A stretch of DNA of 55,794 nucleotides, the filler included, from Ionaspis alba (Eukaryota): the NCBI GenBank assembly GCA_964255285.1. It is 2 parts of 2 records of this genome, joined end to end, with 100 filler letters (N's around TTAATTAATTAA, not from the genome) between each part and the next. Parts side by side here need not be neighbours in the genome. Positions count along the whole stretch, not along the records: positions 1 to 27,909 come from CAXUUL010000132.1; 1 more part is not named here. One strand, written 5' to 3'. Made by a program: the position numbers and the translations under genes. The notes below the pieces were generated by a model. The model was given only the letters and a program-made list of their open reading frames with translations, was not told where the DNA came from and made no database searches. Positions 1 to 12,969 of the stretch are shown in pieces. Every line of letters starts with the position of its first letter. Within the stretch, counting starts at the first letter, position 1.

Positions 1-2
1 CC

Positions 3-758
3 TTTTCCCCATATCCCCACCTTTCCCCGTATCCCCGACCCTCCACTCGCAGCGGCCCATCCCGCGGCCTCGATGCCGAACCACCCCCTGGCGACGTCGA
101 AGCCGCCCTGCACGCCTCCCGGATGGCTATCCTCGCCACAGCCGCCGAAAACAGTCCTGAGTACATGCGCGCCTTGGCCGAACTCGACGGCGGCGGCCCA
201 CCCGTGGACGAAGACGACGGGCTGGAAGAGAATTTCCGGCCGCCGTCCTATGCCGATATCCACAAGGACCGTGTAGTCGATGCGCTGAAATACACGACCA
301 CGAGTACGAAATCGAACGCTCCGGGTAAAAGGAGAAGGATCACGCCTGGGGATTTGAGCAGGATGCAAGAGGCGTTGGAGAATCAGGGCGGGAGGGAAGA
401 GCATGAGAGGTGGTTGAGGAAACATGGGGTTAAGGTCCCCGGACCAGGGGAGCAGAGCGCGATGATGACGGCGGCGAGTGCGAGTGCGCCGGATTTGACG
501 GTTGTGGTTGAGAGGGATGGGCAGGAGGAGGAAAGGGAGGAAGAGGTGGTGATGACGAGGGCGGATGTGGAGAGGAGGAATAGGGTGAGGGAGAGGGAGG
601 CGAGGAGGAGTCGGGAGGAGACGGTGGAAGGCGATGGAGAAGGGAGAGGTGGACGGGCTGGGAGGAGTGCGAGGGAGGATAATAGGAGGTTCAATGAGGC
701 TTTTTCGAGGATTCCGCAGGTTAGTTCGAGGAGAAGAGGGGAGAGGAGTGGATTGTAG
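3..758 (+). CDS. Hypothetical protein, 3' part (5' end outside window); Glu/Arg-rich low-complexity C-terminus
   Basis: The frame of ORF 123..758 stays open back to position 3 (FSPYPHLSPYPRPSTRSG...) and ends at TAG 756-758. No recognisable domain. Confidence 0.6.
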   Translation, partial: FSPYPHLSPYPRPSTRSGPSRGLDAEPPPGDVEAALHASRMAILATAAENSPEYMRALAELDGGGPPVDEDDGLEENFRPPSYADIHKDRVVDALKYTTTSTKSNAPGKRRRITPGDLSRMQEALENQGGREEHERWLRKHGVKVPGPGEQSAMMTAASASAPDLTVVVERDGQEEEREEEVVMTRADVERRNRVREREARRSREETVEGDGEGRGGRAGRSAREDNRRFNEAFSRIPQVSSRRRGERSGL

Positions 759-1364
759 TTGGGCATGGAGGACAGCATCAGTGGAGTGGGGGATTGGTGT
801 ATCGTGAGGTAGTTTGCTCGCTGCTGCTTGCTGATTGCGTTTTGAGCTGTTTTCGAAGGCTATAGATCTTTGGAGTAGGTCCTTGAGGCGTGACACAGGC
901 TATTTCAACCGCGGTTCATCATGGTTTAGTGACTGCTGAGGATGCTTCTTGAATCCTTGGTGAACTGGGCTCTGTGAGCCATTGCAAATTCGCAGGGTCA
1001 CATTAAAAGTCCAGCTCTCGTGTCCGCATCATCGTGAGCATGCAATTTGCTATGCTACTTCTCTGTTTACACGTGTTCGCATCCTTCATGGAGCGGCGTC
1101 CGACATCGTTCCCGCGTAAAACATTATACACAACCCTCAATCTCCCCTCTCACAAACACTCCCCTCAATAACCTCGGACATTCAAGTGTCCGCCATAGAA
1201 TGGAAATAAATGCCACAATGCAATTCGTTAGCAACGATATCCCCAAAAGCGGCAGGTGACCTCCAATGCAGCCTTCTAGCAATGCATCTGCTCTCACCAA
1301 TTCACAAACCCTCCTTCCCATACACAGCCAATTCCCGAATACTTCCTCAGCAGCATGAAAAACT

Positions 1365-4300
1365 TCAGTACTGATTTCCCATCATAGGCAACATCTCCCC
1401 ACCGGCAGCTCTCATTCCTTTTCTCAATGGACTCCCACTCTCCCCACCTCCCGTATCACTATCCTCATGCGGGCTCGGATGCACATGACCCACAGGACGC
1501 ATATCACCCAGCCACGGATCATAGCTAACCAGGCTCTTCATAGTCGGTGGCTGAGTCGAATGAATCTCTCTCTGCATCTGGAGCTGAAAATCATGCTGGG
1601 ACTGGAACTGCAAGCCTTGAGGCTCGAAGGGACGATTAGCATTGAAAGGCTGATGGTGGTCTGTGAGCAGCGAGTCGGAAAAGGAGCGAGAGGGTGGCCC
1701 GAACTGGGTTGGGAAGTCGGAGAAGGTATTCGAGCGCGGGAAAGGGAGATGGTTCTGGAATTGCTGGGGTTGGAAATCGTGCGCGTGCGTGAGTTGTGGC
1801 TGGATGTGATGATGCTGATGGAGATCGTGGGACGGAGGCGGTGGCATGACGGCACGCTGTTTCTCCTCGCGTTGGCGACGGAGCTGCTCTTCTTGTTTGG
1901 CTTGCTGGAGCATGGCTTTTTCGGCGCTGACTTGTCGGACGTGACAGTTGCGCTTGAGGTGATCTTGTTGACTCGGCGTACGTTGCAAGAAGAAGTCCTG
2001 GCTGAGACTCTTGGTTCTCGAATGCCCTATTTGGGCAGGCTTGGGAGTGGTGACCCAGCCTTCCTTGTAGCAACGCTCAGTGAAGCCCCCTCCTGATGCG
2101 TAAGGGGACTGATAGACAGGATCTCTATTTAGTGCGGCTTGATATAGGTAAGGATAATTCTTCACCGCTGTGAGAGACTCTGCTCTGGTTCGTCCCGACT
2201 GTGGAGACGGAGCAACGGATGGAGACAGCTGTGACGTTGAGCGACTGAAAGGGTTGGTCCCGCTACTTGGGGATATGGTGCTAGTCATCATGTTGGCAAC
2301 AGGAGCTGCTGGTTGAGACTGAACATTTGGCTGCACTTGGGTGTGTTGTAGTTGATTCATCTGCTTCCACTAATCGGTGTCAGCTGCGTCTGGAACCAGA
2401 AATTGACATGCACATACGCGTCGTAAGTCGTCCACATTGTTAAGGTGCGGGTTAGATTGACGACGTTGCACATCTTCCATGGTGGGTAATGCGGGAGCAA
2501 TGGAGCGCATCTGGGCAGGTGGTGCTTGATAGACTGGAGCGTGACATTGGACGGGAGGCTGCGAGGCAGCTGACTGGGTGAAATGTCGTTGTGCGAGCAA
2601 AGACTGCTGGTCGACGTGGAAGTTGTCGAAGGTCGAGTTGACTCTGGGAGGGACTGGATCCTTGATTGCGTACTTTCCGTTGTAGGGCCTATCCTGTGTT
2701 TTCTGTTGCGTTTGTAATGGAGTGGGCCGAGCCTGCAATGGAGGCTGCATGTTCAGACGACTTGCGTTTGCGTGGTGAAGGCTGATACCGTTGCTACTAG
2801 GATAGGACGCAGGATAGGATCGACTTTTCAAGGGTACGGGAACCAGGGCAGGTTTGACACTCTCCAGGAAGTTGGCTACCGGATCGTTACGCATGACAGC
2901 CAAATCTCCTGTGTATTGCGCCTTGGCTTCGGTCGAGGTCTTTCCAATGTAATACCAGAGTCTCTTGTCCTTCGAAAGATCAACCTTGACTTGGGCGGGA
3001 TTGCGTGGAACTTTAGCAGTATGAAATTCGGACCAGATGAACTGATTACCCACATCACAGAATGGATCGTCAGTTTTGGGCAATTCGTTAGATGGATCTT
3101 CTGCTGTCGTTCGAGATCGTCGGGCAAGATGTGCAGGCAAAGGCTTAGCATTCTCGGATGGGATTGGTAGATTGGAATCTGCGGGATCGAAGACCAACAG
3201 CCATTTGTACTCGACTTCAATGGTATCGCTATGACGATGGTCAGCTAGTCATTCGAGGTGAGCAGTAGGTTTGAATTACCCTCTTGGCTGGACCTCTATC
3301 AATAGAGTCTGCTCGCTCTTCCGATTCTCCAGAACCACACCACCGATGATGTCGCCCTGGAAGTATTGTATTTGGACAACTTCACCCCTCGACAACTTTC
3401 TTGCGTGCTTGCGAATCAGAGCGCTTTCCTCCAAGGTAAGGCTAAACTGCTCTTTGTCGGTGACCTTAGGCCTTTTGATGCGATGGAAGCGACATCGAAA
3501 GTCAATCCCAGTATCCACGTATTCAGTGCCGTCTTCATCAAACACTGGCACCCGGCCAATGTCGACCTGAACTCCGGCCGATGCAGCACAAGTGGCATGA
3601 TAAGCTCGAGTACACTTCCGTACCGAGCACTGGAAAACTGAGCCTCGCTTGTTGCGGCAGTACATGCACCTTAGCTCCAAACGTGCCTTATCAATGTGTT
3701 CGACGTCGCATATCCGCTCAACACCATTTTCATCGGCAAAATACGTCTCGGGTGTGTATAAGCCACAACGACGATGCGCTTCAAAACCATTGTCTGTGGG
3801 AAGTAATTCTTCGTATGGAGGGTCGTTTGGACACATTACACAGGGCTCTCTGCTCGGGGCAGTGAGTTTGATGCGTAGCCTCTTAACTTTAGGTTTCGCC
3901 TCTTTGTCCGCGGGATCTCGCTTTCGTTTGTGACTTCGAACTTTGGGCTTACCTTTGTCACTACCCGGTGGTGTTGGTAGATCTGTGGGCCCTTCTTTCT
4001 CATCGTCTTCCTCATCATCCTCGTCATCCGTCTCCTCATAGTATTCCGGAGTTTTCTCACCACGAAGCTTGCGCTCAATATCTTCGACGTCGACCCAAAC
4101 ACTATCTGCTTCGCAGTTACACTTTTTAGCCACTCGACCATAGTCGAGCCATGCTTCTGTGGCAAAATTTACTGATTCTGCACAATTGTAGCCAAGATTG
4201 TAGCCTGAGTGATATCCGTATGGGAAAGTAATCACGAATTCTCCCTCGTTGTGCACTAATCGATTGACTTTGATGTTGTACTGGGATTGCAGAAGTTGTG

Positions 4301-5806
4301 GTGAGATCAGATATGTCTTGTGGCGCAGAAACTGGTCGCAGTTCTTTGCATCATTCGGCCACACAGCTAGGGGACAAGTTAGATTGGACCAAGAGCAGGT
4401 GTGTAATGAGAAGACCTACTGCGCATCGCAAATTCAAACCTCCTAGCATCCTCCTGGGATATGCTATACCATTGCTTTGGCGCTCCGAAATGTATATAGT
4501 TGATACTGTAGAGATCAACGTCCTCCAGATGCCATGCAAAAGTGGCTTTCCACATTCCTAGGTAGAGGTACGCCGTATTGACACCAGGAATTTTCTGGCC
4601 CAGTACATCCAATAGATTCTCCAACTTTGCAACATTCCAATCCTCTGTCGAGTCATCGAACAACGAGCCAGGCATGTCGGCACCGTACATTGGGTTGTTG
4701 AATGTCAGACTTTTCCAGTATGCAGTCTCAAGTTCTTGGCAACGTTCGGTGGTCCACTCGCTCTGGTTATGAACTCGATAATCGAATCCCTTGAACGCCT
4801 CCTCGTCCACAACCTCTGCTTGATCGCGGCTGTTATGTTTCCTCCTAGAAGAGACCGACTTCGGCTGACGACCTTTGGGTTTGCTAGGTGAATTGTCTTC
4901 ACCGTCGCTCATAGCCTCCTTCTTTACCTTTGTAGGTTTCCTCCCGGGAGATGTCGGTGTTGGTGGGACCTGCACCTTGAAATCCGATGTCACCTCTTCC
5001 TCCTTTTCATGCTTGTGAACCGTGGCTGGTAAGGGGCGGACTCTAGGACGACCCGGACCCCGCTTCTTGCCATCGGGCAACAGCACTGGTTCTTTCTTCA
5101 CAGCCCGTGCAGATCCTCCCCTTGTGACTTTCTCCTGATTGCGCCTACGTTCCCCGCGTCGGGCAGGTGGTTGATGATTGCTTTCTTCGCTGAGCGCTTT
5201 CCACTGAGGCAGGTTGTACGAGCGCTGCTTCTCAATATTGGCTTGCGTATAGGTTCCGTGGGTACCATGGAATTCTTGTGTGATGGGGTTCTTGACCTTG
5301 ATTGTCTTGACTTGCTCGTCCAATGCAGGCAGCTTGTCACGCCTAGCATGTGTCAGCCAAACCATAGCCAGCTCAATCCTTGAATATGAATAGTACCATT
5401 CTTTGGGCGGCACTACTTTGACAATCCCGGATTTCATGCCATAGTGATCGATCTTTCGAATGAAGGTCTTGAAACTTCTGAATTGTTCCATTGTCTACCA
5501 ATTCGGGGGTGTGTTAGCATCACATAGAGTTACCAGTTCACTAGTGTTGGACTGCTAGATCTGAAAGTGTTTATGGAGGTGGAGTAAGTTATGACGCACC
5601 GGCTTGAAGACGGGAATCTTTCCATTGTCGTAGTAGTGATCAGGTAGAATTTCTGCACTGTCTTCCGCATCCATTTCCAAGTCAGACAAATCAGAGCTAG
5701 ACCCATCATGCTTGTCAGCTTCTTCGCTAGCTGGTGGCGTCAAAGTCGGCTTGTCCTCAACTTTGACCTCCGTGTCGCTATTGGGAGACATTGCGACCGT
5801 GGCCAT
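1365..5806 (-). CDS. kdmA: JmjN/JmjC histone demethylase, KDM4/Rph1/KdmA family, with PHD-like Zn finger and Q/P/H-rich tail; 6 exons
   Basis: JmjN 'IPVFKP|TMEQFRSFKTFI...GIVKVVPPKEW'; JmjC 'PGVNTAYLYLGMWKATFAWHLEDVDLYSINYIHFGAPKQWY...FVITFPYGYHSGYNLGYNCAESVNFAT'; Cys/His motif 'CMYC...CSVRKCTRAYHATCA'; AT-hook-like 'KRGPGRPR'. GT-AG introns join the ORF pieces in frame. Confidence 0.92.
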
Positions 5807-6504
5807 GGTGAGCTTGCGTAAACAAGCCGGAGTGTAACGAGTGACTGTGAGATAACGTGGTCGTAGAATTTGGATCCCACGAGCTCGCTAGCAGAGTGAA
5901 TGTTCCATTTGACGTCCTCCTCGAGGAAGAGACCCAGCGAGTGGGATTGCGGTTTTCGGAGATGCAAATGCTGAGATAGCCCCTCAACTTCGACCGAGAG
6001 AGACTGTCAAGATTGATACCAGTATCGCCGCCGGCGACAGTGAGCTATTGACGGAAGAGTCTCCGGTACCGCACTGAGAAGATATCGTTGGTCGTCGTGA
6101 TAAAGTGCCAGGGATCGGCATCCAGGTCGAGGCTCTTCGAAAGGGCTGAGTACGCTAGCTTTGCCCGCCTTGGTCCACAAAAGGCTTAGCGAGCTTGAAA
6201 TTAGTCACTTTTTTATTGCTAAACTATTCACAATAGACTGTACAATAGGAACTTTTCAGAGAAATGGACGACCATTATTGATCATAGGATTTATTTTCTC
6301 AGAGCTAGAGTGGATGTATTGTCCACTTTTGGTTAGAGATAGGATTCTTAGTACGGAGGCCAGTCCGGTCTTCTTTTTTCACCAAATGACGTTAGGCTAC
6401 TGGATTGAAAATACAGGATTAGGTAGGTGACTATCTCAGTTACAAGTTGCTTCATGGCTGGAGCATGCTGGCGTGGTATTATGGAGCGAAATTATGGAGC
6501 GAAA

Positions 6505-6604
6505 NNNNNNNNNNNNNNNNNNNNNNNNNNNNNNNNNNNNNNNNNNNNNNNNNNNNNNNNNNNNNNNNNNNNNNNNNNNNNNNNNNNNNNNNNNNNNNNN
6601 NNNN
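6505..6604. other. Assembly gap (100 N)
   Basis: Run of N. The left edge ends in a 13-nt tandem duplication, TTATGGAGCGAAA x2 (6479-6504). Confidence 0.99.
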
Positions 6605-7091
6605 TATATCTAGATGGCTTTCGTCTGAAACGAGGTATGAAATGCAGCTTATTCTCCGTAGAGCCAGCCTCATCCGGTGCCCTGCATAAACTCCCGGTCA
6701 TCTCACCGACGGTTCCTGAGTTCCAGCATGTACCGCATTTCATTGGTGCACCGTAAATAGACTACCAGGTCTAGGGTATATGCCACTTGTCGAACAATTC
6801 GGAAGGCAAGGATTTGGCAGGAGTAGAGGACACACAATGTATGCTACATTATTTTAGCCCAACGACTTAAGCTTCGCTCCTATCGCTATGCTAGGTAGAC
6901 ACGCACTTGCTTTTGCCCAAGACCTCGGCAGCCATGAAAGAAATCAAATGCCATGCAAAAGCCACGGTCGCTAGATCGAAAGTACGAGAACCAAATGACC
7001 AGCAAAGTAGTGGGAAGGTAAATCGTAGGGAGGCGTTGACGGAAGATAGAGCGATAATCGAGACGATATGGTATCACTGATCAGCCCAGAC

Positions 7092-8741
7092 CTACTGTGA
7101 CCCCTCTCCACGTCCTCCTCGTGGGCCGCGGGGACCACCACCTCTGCCCCTCCCACGATATCCACCTTCGCCTCCACGATCGCCCCTGAATCCTCCACGT
7201 CCGCGATACCCACCCTCTCCTCCACGATCGCCTCTGTATCCACCTCTGCCACGTCCTCCACCACGATGCTCGCCTTGAAAGCCACCACGTCCACGACCTC
7301 CACGGTTGTGATGAACCTCGTGGAACCCGTCGCCGCCATTGACAGCCGGTGCAGCTGCCGTCACAGTCTCCGTAGGAACATCCTCTGCCCAGCTCTGACT
7401 CCCCATGACCGCTGCAGGAGTAGCGGTGATTCCAGTGTCAGTCTCAGCTGGATCCCGAGGCACTTCCACCCATCCGTCTGGTCCTGATGTACCCGAGGCT
7501 GACATCTTGGCTTCCCAATTGGTTTCCGCAGCAGCGTTGGCAGCACCTGCATCGATACTGGAGGCTTCTGGCACTGAAGGAGTTTCGACGTGACTGCCGA
7601 CACCGTTCGTTGGGACATTACCTTCGGCGTCAATCTCGGTCATGCCAGCATGGAGAACAGTAGGGTCACTTCCGACCGGGTCTGACGTTTCTTCTGCTGC
7701 AGGATCGGCCGTTTCCGTGGGAGTACTTTCGTCTGCGTATGGTTCTTCCGTAGCGAAAGCAGGAGGAGCGTGTTCCACTGCCGCGTCACGAACTTGCTTG
7801 TCTTTCAAATAGTCAGTAGTGAGTCAATCGCGAGACACGCTGAACCTACAAGTATGCTCCGAAGGAGGTCCCTCGACAGTAGGAACCTTTTCCTCACTGC
7901 CCGTAATCAACTTCTCCATTGCAGCAACCGCACTGGCATCGCCCCCGTATACAAGTAAAAGTGCTCCCTCGAACGCTCGGTTCTCAGCCGCAGCCTCATC
8001 TCCATCCTGTCGCTTCGAGGCTGCCGCCCTCAAGAACTTGCTCAACAGAAGGAATTTCTCCTTCTCTTCCTTCGCAGCTTCGATTTTTGCCTCGGCCAGA
8101 ATTGTATCCTTCAACTTCTCAAGCTCGTCGCGGTGTGAAGTTTCCAGTGCGGTCTTTTCCGCGGAAAGTCGCTTCTGGTATTCGTCATCGAACTGCTTGT
8201 ATTGTGCAATCTGCTCTTCGAGCTGAGTGAGCGATGCTTGGAGAGCGGGTTTCTTCTGAGCTTGGGCTTTCTGATCTGCATTGATTTTGCGAGCAGCGAG
8301 GAGTTCATCGAGGTCTTTTCCTGGATTGTCGGCAATTATAGAGTCAACCTTCTGCGTAGCATTCTGTACAGCAACAGCGTGTTAGTCAAGCGGAGCGCAA
8401 GAAGCTGGGGATTACACGCGACAATGAGTTTTGTCTCACCAGCTTCTTTTTCACGTTCCGGATATTCCTAGATGTTTTTTGTCAAATACGTTCGATCTGA
8501 TTGAGAGCTTTCGTCCCATTTATCGTAGTGCTCACTTATAAAGTTCCTTGATATACGGGCTCTCGTAATTCCCCTCTGACCCACTGGTACCAGCCTCCGC
8601 GCCTACTCCACCTCCGTCGGCACTAGGACTCTGAGGGGTTTCTACTGCAGCTGGTTTGGGGTTTTCGGTTTTAGCTTTCTTCTTCCTCGCAGATTTAGAC
8701 TCAGTCGAAGCACTAGGAGTGGAAACCGAGGTCGAGGACAT
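7092..8741 (-). CDS. Coiled-coil protein with C-terminal RGG repeats (caprin-like fungal RNA-binding protein); 4 exons
   Basis: Spliced 'SPYIKELYK|NIRNVKKKL|NATQKVDSIIA...', helical 'FLLLSKFLRAAASKRQ...AFEGALLLVYGGD', an acidic linker, then many RGG/RGRGG repeats. The caprin-like label is inference from this architecture. Confidence 0.8.
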
Positions 8742-9345
8742 TTTGGAGATTGAAGCTCGATCAGGCTGTGGTTGCCAATCGGAACGAGACTTATTTCGTA
8801 GGTAAGCTGAGTACTAGATAGGGTCTGAGTAAAGCAAAGCAGTTGTCGAAATATCCGGCGGTGAAGCTATGATCAATTGTCTTAGACAATACGGGTTTCT
8901 GGCTTCGTCGCGTACAGTTCAAAAGCTCGGCTGAAGCTTGTAAGGCTGAACATTGAAGCTAGCATATACGGCTGGTAACGGCATTAGCTTCCTCCTGCCT
9001 CGAACAGCATCTTTCGTTCCTGAGAAGATTTAGTCCACGGACGTCTGCGAGCTGAGGACTAATTCCTCGCAATCTGTGTTGTGCAGTGCGGAATCACTCC
9101 GTGGCTGAAGTCATCTCTTCGCAAGGCTTTCTTCTCCTCCATTGCATGTCTCGGGCAGCTAGTTACACGTGAATGAATTACGATTTAGATGACTGTGACA
9201 CTCACATAGTCACTGCTTCACAGTTTAGATTTACATGTCTTTGGCTTATTTCATATGATCTCAGGCTCGGTCGCCATGCTCCTTGGTGTTGTTGACTTTC
9301 AATTCCGTTGAATGCCTCCCTGGCTGCCAGTCGTTGTGTTTCACC

Positions 9346-10845
9346 ATGAGTGATTCGGAGGAGATAAATGACTTGGAGTCTCAGCTTAATGTTTTTCTAG
9401 CTCAGGATGAGCTGCGGGCTGCCTACCTTCGGGTATGTGGTTCAAGCGGACATCGTCGACTGAGCTTTACTAACATCTTCACTAAGGATCTTCTCAAGAA
9501 ATACAAGGCTTCCAGAGCCGAATGCCACCAACTAAGGAACGACTATGCAGATCAATTTGAAGCTCGTCGAATGTGGCAGAACAAAGCCCAGGCTCATGTA
9601 CGTGCTGTTCCTAAACACTAGAGTGGCATTGGACATGCCGTCACACTTTTGTGACATGGCATCTGATACTTCTCAGGAACGAAATCCATTCGTGCTAGCA
9701 TTGATTGATGGTGATGGCTATGTTGTGAGCTCCATCCCCCCTCGTGGTAGATATCCTTTCTCTGACAATTCGCATCAAAGTTTAGAGATGAGCACCTCCA
9801 AGCGGGCAGTGAGGGTGGTGTTGATGCAGCTGCTCAGCTGTCTCAATCAATCCAGAATTATCTTCAAGAGCTTGACTCTGGGTCCGATCCCGCTCACGTT
9901 GGAGCGAATCAATGGCGAGTTATGGTTAGAGTCTACGCAAACTTTGCTGGACTCTCCAAGAAGTTAGTCCGAGTGGGAATCAGTAGGTCGGTTGTCGATC
10001 TGGCTGCGTTTGCCAGTGGTTTTACACGTTCCCAGCCTCTCTTCGACTTCGTCGATGCTGGGAGCGATAAAGAAGGAGCGGACTACAAGATTAGAGGTAA
10101 GAGGTTCTCCAAAGAATGTTCGCATTCTCATATTGATTCGGGACGGGTAGAGCTCTTCAATTTGCTTGTGGGCAGTGCCCAATGCAAGCACATCCTATTT
10201 GGAGGATGTCATGATATGGGATATATATCACTGCTTACACCGTACAAGGGCATCGCTTCACGCATTACGCTGTTAGAGACTGGAGCCGTAACTGGATCCT
10301 TTCCTGCTTTAGGATTTCGGAAGATAGATTTCGCTTCCGTCTTCAGGTTCGAAGTACTTCCATGTGAAAAGAAAACGAAGAACTCCCGGGTGCCTAATGG
10401 TACGGACGACAGCCAAACATTGGTAGGACATGATAGTCTTTCCCCGTCTGTTGCCCATACACTTCCATGGGATAGCAAGAGGACTATTTTGCTCAACCAG
10501 AACGATCAAAGGATTGATACTGTACTTCCACAGCCAGCAGAAGGAGCTCAGAAGGCATATGATCGTTACGTTTCTCAAAGGAAATTGTGCAACGACCACC
10601 ATCTTCTGGGGGGATGTGTTGTCCCTCGTTGCATTTACGACCACGGACCAGTTGGTAGAGAAATGCTTCTGGTTATAAGACACCAGCTAAGGTATCGTGC
10701 CTGTGGTCGGGGGTCTGCCTGCCGGTCTTTTGACTGTTATTACGGTCACAACTGTCCTCGTCCTGGATGTATCGGCGGTAAGAAATGTAAGTTCAAGCTG
10801 ATGCATAATCTTGACTTGAACCCTGTGAAGGAATTAGTTCAGTAG
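9346..10845 (+). CDS. Fungal CCCH zinc-finger protein with NYN/PIN-like central domain; 5 exons
   Basis: 'NPFVLALIDGDGY', 'FTRSQPLFDFVDAGSDKEGADYKI', 'CKHILFGGCHDMGY'; C-terminal 'KLCNDHHLLGGC...CIYDH' and 'CGRGSACRSFDCYYGHNC'. Introns at about 9433-9486, 9598-9677, 9724-9780 and 10097-10150. Confidence 0.8.
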
Positions 10846-12969
10846 ACTGGGGACACTGTGTTGGCCAGAGGGATGTTTTTGGAAGGCTGGGATGATTATT
10901 GGCTACCAGCTAAAAAGCACGACGAGAGCGTACTCGTGCAGAAAATGTAATGTAAGGGAGCACCAAAAGCATAATCGATGATGACACGATATTCTTATCC
11001 ACACCACTCAAACTTGCATATCGTGCATGATGCACGCTTTCGTGGGCGGGTATGCACGTCAGATTGGCGATGGTGATCGCAGGATCTTGAGAACAAAGCT
11101 CCGATTTTGGTCGCACACCATGCCTCGCACATGCTTGTAATGTGCTCTATATGTACGATAGGGAGTTCCTTCCCACTCTACAGCATAGTTTAATCGTTCC
11201 TATGTCACTTGATTCTGTCCACATCTTCTAGGACAAAATGCCAACCATTCCAGCACTAGCTATCCCACAATTACCCATTGACCGTGCCATTGGTGCTCCG
11301 AGTACATTGAAAATCGTCCTTAGCTTGAGCTATCTTGTTCTCCTCCTGCTCATTGTTTTGATCGTCCGCCAACACCGTCGGAACGGCCATATTGGTCTTC
11401 CAGGGCCTTGACATGCTCTTCTTGCGGACAGGTTTGGCGGCTTCTTCAACTTGGCATTCTGTCTTCATCTCCTGCAACGAAAGGTCTGCTGCCCACGGAT
11501 ACCATGATTTGAATGATGACAAATGCTAAGCAATCGCAGCTCGTCAAAATCATATCTCTGTTGTCCATCGTATATCAATGGAGGGGACGACTAGAATGGT
11601 GTGTCTTGTGCGGCTGTTTCTTGATCCGTCCCGGTTGTTAGCATATCTCCAGCACAAGCACCACGTCCTCCACCGAGTACACGACGCTGAGCATGCGGCT
11701 GGTAGGGTCCGAGCCTGTTGCGTCAAGCTGTAGTGGCCGCGTCTCGTCCCCAATTTACACACACTGGTCCGACAGCAGGCGTCTTCGAGCAGGACATATA
11801 CATTTGTGCGCTTAGCACAGAGCTGCGGTAGAGTTCTGAGTACGGCTGCTAGGTATGTTCGCGGAATCGACAACGGCTTGGGTGGCGGAGCGAAGGTCTC
11901 CAACTCGCGGCGTTGAAAGATCAGACATATGTTGGCAAGGGACCTGCCCTACATCTCAGGGAATAAGGTGCAGCGAGGGAAGAGTCGTCCATGACATGGT
12001 TCTTCATGAAGCATGATAGGACGGTTGGATAACGACGGTTAGAGTTAACTCGACAAACTTGAGAAATACTTCTTCTCAAAGCTCCCTTTTCCCGTTGTCA
12101 CGTGAGAGCGTGATCCGCAGACCGACCTCGCCAACCCCACCTTTGCTTCTCCTAATAACGTCACTGCTCGAAGCGCCTTGCGAGAACCAGAATCGTCAAT
12201 TATATGGTTTGATAAGGCGATGTCATCGTCCACATCGTCGAGACGGCCAGCGATCATATCGTCGAATTGTAGATACATGGGCGGGGAATAGCTGCCACAG
12301 ACTTATATTTCTACATCACGTGGCCGAGAAACATCCTCTTGCCCGTACGAGCCGTGGAGATGCCTCTACAACGTCCACGTTGACGTTCAAACCCCATTCG
12401 TCCGGCTTCAGTAAATGCATTCAGCCCGCAGCTTGTGATATTTCCGTAGTCGCGCTCTCTACTGTACCTTGTATCTTGCCCAGAAGCTGAACAGTGTAAC
12501 TCATCATCCTGGGCGTGAAACATATCACTTTCTGTCAAATGCTCACCTCCACATCCCAACCACGCCTGTAGCTCTTCCAAGAGTCCAAAGCCTGAGGTAT
12601 GTCACACTCATTTGAAGTGCTATACTGTTGCAGTAAAGTCAGTCGTCAGCCTCATGGGTGATCATGTCACCCTATGCCCACCCATAGGGATCTCTTGACG
12701 GTCATCCGGCAAATTTCCGAAGCCCTTGCATGTGCTTCTTTGCCTCTCAGCGGGGCTCCCCCACCAGCTCTACATCACGTACATTATTTATGCCTCGAGT
12801 CTCCTCCAGTGTTTCTGGCTTGTGATTTGCTCTATACATGTCCTGAAAATTGCATCTCAATGCCTTCCTACTGTTTGCACGACTGCCATTATTTCTTTCG
12901 TAGCGCTTTACGTCTTCTGTCTGTCCCGACATTTGTCTGTGCTTTATATAGTTGACTAAACCTTCCACC

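Noticed and set aside
383..778. Leu/Ser-rich antisense ORF, and similar antisense ORFs at 16289-16894, 28201-28695, 29644-30141 and 30645-31163
   Set aside because: These are shadows of purine-rich or repetitive coding sequence on the opposite strand.
6161..6504. AT-richer stretch, ACTG-TA end motif and 13-nt tandem repeat next to the first gap as a possible transposon relic
   Set aside because: No matching inverted terminus, target-site duplication pair or transposase-like translation is visible, and the gap hides the context.
10910..12955. Several 70-140 aa ORFs between the CCCH gene and facC
   Set aside because: No recognisable motifs and I could not build a consistent spliced model. Treated as intergenic or promoter DNA, though a small orphan gene cannot be excluded.
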